Assembly (NCBI RefSeq): GCF_009914755.1
Contig: NC_060929.1
DNA: 64,000 nt
Direction: 5' to 3' (one strand)
Origin: the human T2T-CHM13v2.0 reference genome, Homo sapiens
In this document: positions 57,601 to 64,000 of the stretch, in pieces
Numbering within the stretch: position 1 is the stretch's first letter
Layout of the letters: each line of letters starts with the position of its first letter
Program-made: the position numbers and the translations under genes
Notes under the pieces: generated by a model
Databases searched by the model: none
Seen by the model: the letters and a program-made list of their open reading frames with translations, nothing else
What the model was told of the DNA's origin: nothing

Positions 57601-60600
57601 ATGTTAATGAACAGGAAGAATCCAAAGGAACAAAACTCACTGGTAATAGTAAATACACAGAAAAATATAGAATATTGTAGCAGTGTAATTGTGGTGTGTA
57701 AACTATTCTTAAGTAGAAAGACTACATGATAAACCAGTAAAAAATAACTACAACTTTTCAAGATACAGTACGATAAGACATAAAGAGAAAAAAATTTATA
57801 AAGCAGGTGGGCAAAGTTAAAGTGTAGAGTTTTAATTGTTTAATCAGTGTTAAGTTGTCATCAGTTTAAAATAATGAGTTATAAGATAGTATTTGCAAGC
57901 CTCATGGTAACTTCAGATTGAACAACATGGATACACAAAAGACAAAAAGCAAGAAATTAAATCATACCAACAGAGAAAATCACCTTCACTAAAAGGAAGA
58001 CAGGAAAAAAGGAAAGAAGGAAGAGAAGATCATAAAACAACCAGAAAACAACAAAATTGCAGAAGTCCCTGCTTACCAATAATAATATTGAATGTAAATG
58101 GACTAAACTCTTTAATGAAAGTATTAGAGTGGCTGAATGGATTTAAAAAAATAAGTCTCAATAATCTATTGCCTAAAAGAAACACACTTCACCTATCAAG
58201 ATATACATATACTGAAAGTAAAAGAATGGAAAAGATATTCCATGGCAAAAGGAACCCAAACAGAGCAGGAGTAACGATACTTATATTAGACAAAATAGAT
58301 TTCAAGAGAAAAACTAAGAAAATACAAAGGTCATTATATAATGTTATATAATGATAAAGGGGTCAATCCAACAAGTCATAATAATTTTAAATATATATGC
58401 ACCCAACACTGCAGCACACAAATATATGAAGGAAATACTGATATTATTAGAGCTAAAGAGAGAGATAGACCTCAAGACAATAATAGCTGAAACTTCAACA
58501 CCCCACTTTCAGCATTGTAGAGATCTCCCAGACAGAAACTCAACAAAGAAACATTGAATTTAATCGGTACTATAGAACAAATGGACCTAATAGTTATTTA
58601 CATTACATTTTATCCAAAGCCTGTAGAACACATTCTTCTCTTTAGCACATGGCTTACTCTCAAGGATAGAGCGTATGTTAGGTCACAAAACGAGTCTGAA
58701 ACCATGCAAAAAAATTGAAATAATATCAAGCATCTTCTCTAATTACAATGGAATAAAACTAGAAATCAACAACAGGGGGATTTTGGAAAGTATACAAAAA
58801 CATGGAAATTAAATAAAAATGCTCCAGAATGGCCAGTGAGTTGATGAAGAAATTAAACAGGAAATAGAAAAATTTCTAGATACAAGTGATACCATAATCT
58901 ATGAGACACATACCAAAACCTATGAGACACAGCAAAAGCAGTACTAAGAGGGAAATTTATAGCTATGTGTCTACATCAAAAAAGAAGAAAAACTTCAAAT
59001 AAGTAACCTAATGATGCATCTTAAAGAACTAGAAAAGCAAGAACAAACTGAACCCCAAATTAGAATAAATAATAAAGATCAGAGCAGAAATAAATGAATT
59101 TGAATTGAAGAAAACAATACAAAAGGTCAACAAAAAGTTTGTTTTTTTGAAAACATAAACAAAATTGACAAACCTTTATCCAGACTATGAAGATAAAAAG
59201 GGGAATAGACCCAAAGAAATCAGAAATGAAAAAGGAGAAATCACAACTGATACCACAGAAAGTCAAAGAATTATTAGTGGCTACTGTGAGGAATGATATG
59301 CCAATAATTTGGAAAATCTAGAGGAAATGGACAAATTGTGGGACAGAAGATCAACACACAAAAATCAGCATTTCTATATGCCAACAGTGAACAATCAGAA
59401 CAAGAAATTAAAAATGTAATCTCATTTACAGTAGCCACACATAAACTTAAATACCTAGGAATTAACTTAACCTAAGAAGTGAAAGATCTCTACAATGAAA
59501 ACTATAAAAGCACTGATGAAATAAATTGAAGAGAATACAAATAAAGGGAAAGATATTCCATGTTCATGAATTGGAAGAATTAATATTGTTAAAATCTTCA
59601 TACTACCCAAAGTAATCTACAGATTCAATGCAATCCCTATAAAAATACCAATGACATTCTTCACAGAATAGAAAAAAAAATTCTTAAATTTATATGGAAT
59701 CACAAAAGACCCAGAATAAGCAAAGCTATCCTGAGCAAAAAGAACAAAACTGAAGAATCACATTTCCTGACTTCTAATTGTACCATATAGAGCTACATTA
59801 ACCAAAACAGCATGGACACAGAGAGTAGAAGGATTGTTACTAGAGCCTGGGAAGGGTAGTGCAAGGCTAGATGGGAGGTGGAGATTGCTAATGGGTTAAA
59901 AAAAAGAATGAATAAAACCTACTATTTGATAGCACAAAATGCTTGAGGAGATGGATACCCCATTCTTCATGGTGTGGCATAAAAGTGAGACACAGACCAA
60001 TGGAGCAGAATAGAGAAACCAGAAACAAATCCATACACCTACAGTGAATTCACTTTCAACAAAGTTGCCAAGAACATACATTGGAGAAAGGACAGTCTCT
60101 TCAATAAATTTGGTTAGGAAAACTGGATATCCATATGCAGAAGAATGAAACTTGACCCCTATCTCTTACCACATACAAAAATCAAATCAAGATGAATTAA
60201 AGACTTAATTCTAAGACCTCAAACTATAAAGCCACTACAAGAAAGCTTTGGAGAAACTCTCCAGAACATTGGTTCAGGCAAAATTTCTTGAGTATTATCT
60301 CACAAACACAGGCAACGAAAGCAAAAATGGACAAATTTAATCACATAAAGTTAAAAATCTTTTGCACAGCAGAGGAAACAACAAAATGAAAAGACATCCC
60401 AGAAAATGGGAGAAAATATTTGCAAATAACCCATGTGAGAAGAGATTAATAACTAGAATATAAAAGGAGCTCAAACAACTCTATAGAAAAAATATTCAAT
60501 TAAAAATGGGCAAAATATTTGAATAGACATGTCTCAAAAGAAGACATACAAATGACAAACAGGCATATAAAAAGGTGCTCGATATCATTGATCATTATAG

Positions 60601-61663
60601 AAATGGAAATCAAAACTGCAATGAGATATCCCACCCCAGAGATGATAAAAGCCAGTTAAAATGGCTGTTATCCAAAAGACAGGAAATAACAAATGCTGGT
60701 AAAGATGGGGAGAAAAGGGAACTCTCATACAATGCTGGTGGCAATTTAAATTATCACAACCACTATAGAGAACAGTTTGGAAGTTTCTCAAAAAATGAAA
60801 AATAGGGCTACCATGTAATCCAGCAATCTCATTGCTGGATATATACTCAAAAGAAGGGAAATCAATATATTGAAGAACTATCTGCACTCCCATGTTTGTT
60901 GTAGTACTGCTCATGATAGCCAAGATATGGGAGTAACCTAAGTGTGTATCAATAGATGACTGGATAAAGAAAATGTAGAACATAATGGAATACTACTCAG
61001 CCATCAAAAAGAATGAGATCCTGTCATTTGCAAGCAACATGGATTGAACTAAAGGTGATTATATTAGGTAAAATAAACCAGGCACAGAAAGACAAATATC
61101 ATTTGTTCTCACTTATTTGTGGGACCTGAAAATTAAACAATTGAATTCATGGACACCGAGAGTAGAAGGATTGTTACTAGAGGCTGGGAAGGGTAGTGCA
61201 GGGCTAGATGGGAGGTGGGGATTGCTAATGGGTTAAAAAAAAAAGAAGAATGAATAAGACCTACTATTTGATAGCACAAAATGCTTGAGGAGATGGATAC
61301 CCCACTCTTCATGATGTGATTATTTCACATTGCATGCCTATATCAAAACATCTCAAGTACTGCATAAATATATACACCTACCTATGTATCCACAAAATTA
61401 AAAAAATAGAAAGAATAAATATTAATTAGTATTTAGTAGCACAAGAGGGTGACTATAACCAAAACAATTTAATTGTAATTTTCTAAACCAACTAAAAGAG
61501 AATAATTGGATTGATTGTAATACAAAGGATAAATGCTTGAAGGAATAGATACCCCTTTGCCATGATGTAATTATTACACATTGCATGCCTGTATCAAAAT
61601 ATTTCATGTACCTCATATATACATGTACTATGTACCCACAAAAATTAAAAGTAAAAAAAATAA
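54691..61663 (+). mobile_element. Near full-length L1MA2-like LINE-1 with an RT-region deletion and a doubled 3' end
   Basis: 5' AAGATGGTGGAATAGG, long 5'UTR, ORF1 relic (about 56.7-57.6 kb), EN relic ([15 protein letters not shown]) and L1MA-type 3'UTR. TSD AAAACCACTGTATAAG (54675-54690) versus AAAATCCTTGTATA[THE1A]GTATAAG. Confidence 0.88.
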
Positions 61664-61677
61664 AAAATCCTTGTATA

Positions 61678-63943
61678 TGATATGGTTTGGCTGTGTCCTC
61701 ACCGAAATCTCAATTTGAATTGTATCTCCCAGAATTCCCAGGTGTTGTGGGAGGGACCCAGGGGGAGGTAACTGAATCATGGGGGCTGGTCTTTCCCCAA
61801 CTATTCTTGTGATCATGAATGGGTCTCATGAGATCTGATGGGTTTATCAGGGGTCTCTGCTTTTGCTTCTTCCCATTTTCTCTTGCCACTACCATGCAAG
61901 AAGTGCCTTTTGCCTTCTGCCATGATTCTGAAGCCTCCCCAGCCATGTGGAAATGTAAGTCCAATTAAACCTTTTTTCTTCCCAGTCTTGGGTATATCTT
62001 TGTCAGCAGCATGAAAATGGACTAATACAGGAAATTGGTACCAGTAGAGTAGGGTGTTGCTGAAAAGATACCCAAAAATGTGGAGCAACTTTGGAACTGG
62101 GTAACAGGCAGAGGTTGGAACAGTTTGGAGGCCTCAGAAGAAGACAGGAAAGTGTGGGAAAGTTTGAAACTTCCTAGAGACTTGTTGAATGGGAATGGCT
62201 TTGCCTAAAATACTGATAGCAATATGGACAATAAGGTCCAGGGTCAGGTGGTCTCAGATGAAGAAGATGAGGAACTTGTTGGGAACTGGAGCAAAGGTGG
62301 TTCTTTTTATGTTTTAGCAAAGAGACTGGCAGCATTTTTCCCCTGCCCTAAAGATTTGTGGAACTTTGAACTGGAGAGAAATGATTTAGGGTATCTGGTA
62401 GAAGAAATTTCTAAGCAGCAAAGCATTCAAAAGGTGACTTGGGTGCTGTTAAAAGCATTCTGTTTCAAAAGGGAAACAAAGCATAAAAGTTCAGAAAAGT
62501 TGCAGCCTGATGATATAGTAGAAAAGAAAAACCCATTTTTTGAAAAGAAATTCAAGCTGGCTGCAGAAATTTACATAAGTAGCAAGGAACCTAATGTCAA
62601 TCCCCAAGACCATAGGGAAAATGTCTCCAGGCCATGTCAGAGAGCTTCATGACAGCCCCTCCCATCACAGGCCCAGAGGCCCAGGAGGAAAAAATGTTTC
62701 ATGGGCTGGGCCCAGGGTCCCCATGCTGTGTGCAGCCTAGGGATTTAGTGTCCTGTGTCCCAGCTCTTCCAGCCATGGCTGAAAGGGGCCAATGTAGAAC
62801 TTGGTCTGTGGCTTCAGAGAGTGGAAGCCCCAAGCCTCGGTAGGTTCCACATAGTGTTGAGCCTGCAGGTGCATAGAAGTCAAGAACTGAGGTTTGGGAA
62901 CCTCCACCTAGATTTCAGAAGATGTATGAAAATGCCTAGATGGCCAGGCAAAAGTTTGCCCCAGGGGCAGGGCCCTCATGGAGAACCTCTGCTAGGGCAG
63001 TGTGGAAGGGAAATGTGGGGTTGGAGCCCCCACACAGTGTCCCTACTGGGGCACTGCCTAGTGGAGCTGTGAGAAGACGGCCACTGTCCTCTGGACCTCA
63101 GAATGGTAGATCCATGGACAGCTTACACCATGTGCTTGGAAAAGCTGCAGACACCCCACACCAGTGAAAGCAGCTGGGAGGGAGGCTGTACCCGGTGAAG
63201 CCATAGGGGCGGAGCTGCCCAAGACCATGAGAACCTGGTGTATAAGTGTGACCTGAATGTGAGACCTGCAGTCAAAGGAGATCATTTGGAGCTTTATAAT
63301 TTGACTGCCCCACTGGATTATGGGATTGCATGGGCCCTGTAACCCCTTTGTTTTGGCCAATTTCTCCCATTTGGGATGGCTGTATTTACCCAATACCTGT
63401 ACCCCCATTGTATCTAAAAAGTAACTGCTTGCTTTTGGTTTTACAGGCTCATAGGCAGAAGGGACTTGCCTTGCCTCAGATGAAAATTTGGTCTGTGGAA
63501 TTTTGAGTTACTGATGAAATGAGTTAAGACTTTGGGGGCTGTTGGGAAAGCACGGTTGGTTTTGAAATGTGAGGACATGAAATTTGAAGGGTCCAGGGTG
63601 CAGAATGATATGATTTGGCTGTGTCCCCACCCAAATCTCAGCTTGAATTATATCTCCCAGAATTCCCACATGTTCTGGGTGGTATCCAGGGGGAAGTAAT
63701 TGAATCATGGGGGCCGGTCTTTCCCGTGCTGTTCTTGTGATAGTAAATGGATCTCGTGAGATCTGATGGGTTTATCAGGGGTTTCTACTTTTGCTTCTTC
63801 CTCATTTTCTCTTGCTCTTGCCATGTAAGAAGTGCCTTTCACCTCCCGCCATGATTCTGAGGCCTCGCCAGCCATGTGGAACTGTAAGACCAATTAAACC
63901 TCTTTTTCTTCCCAGTCTTGGGTATGTCTTTGTCAGCAGTACA
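61678..63943 (+). mobile_element. Complete THE1A MaLR element (LTR 61678-62029, internal 62030-63605, LTR 63606-63943)
   Basis: Two homologous LTRs in direct orientation, THE1-int sequence, purine-rich tract before the 3' LTR, and 5-bp TSD GTATA (61673-61677 and 63944-63948). Confidence 0.95.
62224..62652 (+). pseudogene. Fragment of the THE1-int (MaLR gag-like) ORF
   Basis: EELVGNWSKG...LAKRLAAF...DLWNFELE...DLGYLVEEISKQQSIQ is the typical MaLR internal peptide; the frame breaks after 142 codons. Confidence 0.75.
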
Positions 63944-64000
63944 GTATAAGACACTTTACTAAAAATCTGTCATGGGTTATTGTTGCCTCTTTTGTCTGAT

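Overview
This is AT-rich primate (human-like) nuclear DNA, intronic or intergenic, with well over half of it made of interspersed repeats. I recognise no host protein-coding gene, RNA gene, CpG island, CRISPR array or prokaryotic feature. Almost every ORF in the track is a fragment of L1, Alu or MaLR sequence, or is noise. The main landmarks are: (1) a full-length, TSD-flanked but inactivated L1PA4-like LINE-1 (4797-10936, minus strand); (2) a three-level nest of L1PB inside an MLT2 LTR inside an L1MD-like LINE (13-20 kb); (3) a near full-length L1MA2-like element (54691-61663) whose right TSD is split by a complete THE1A provirus (61678-63943); (4) many Alus, solo LTRs, hAT-type MER elements and MIR/L2 relics. 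Several + strand segments have exon-like splice signals, and one may be a terminal exon (1466 onward). The least explained structures are a Y/T-shaped nested inverted repeat at 25743-25873, a 165-bp self-templated insertion inside the L1MA2, an old 130-bp direct repeat 950 bp apart, and a direct/inverted repeat knot at 35488-35565. I see no convincing new biological system; the findings are hypotheses. Subfamily names come from recalled consensus sequences and need RepeatMasker/Dfam confirmation, and the boundaries of old repeats are approximate.
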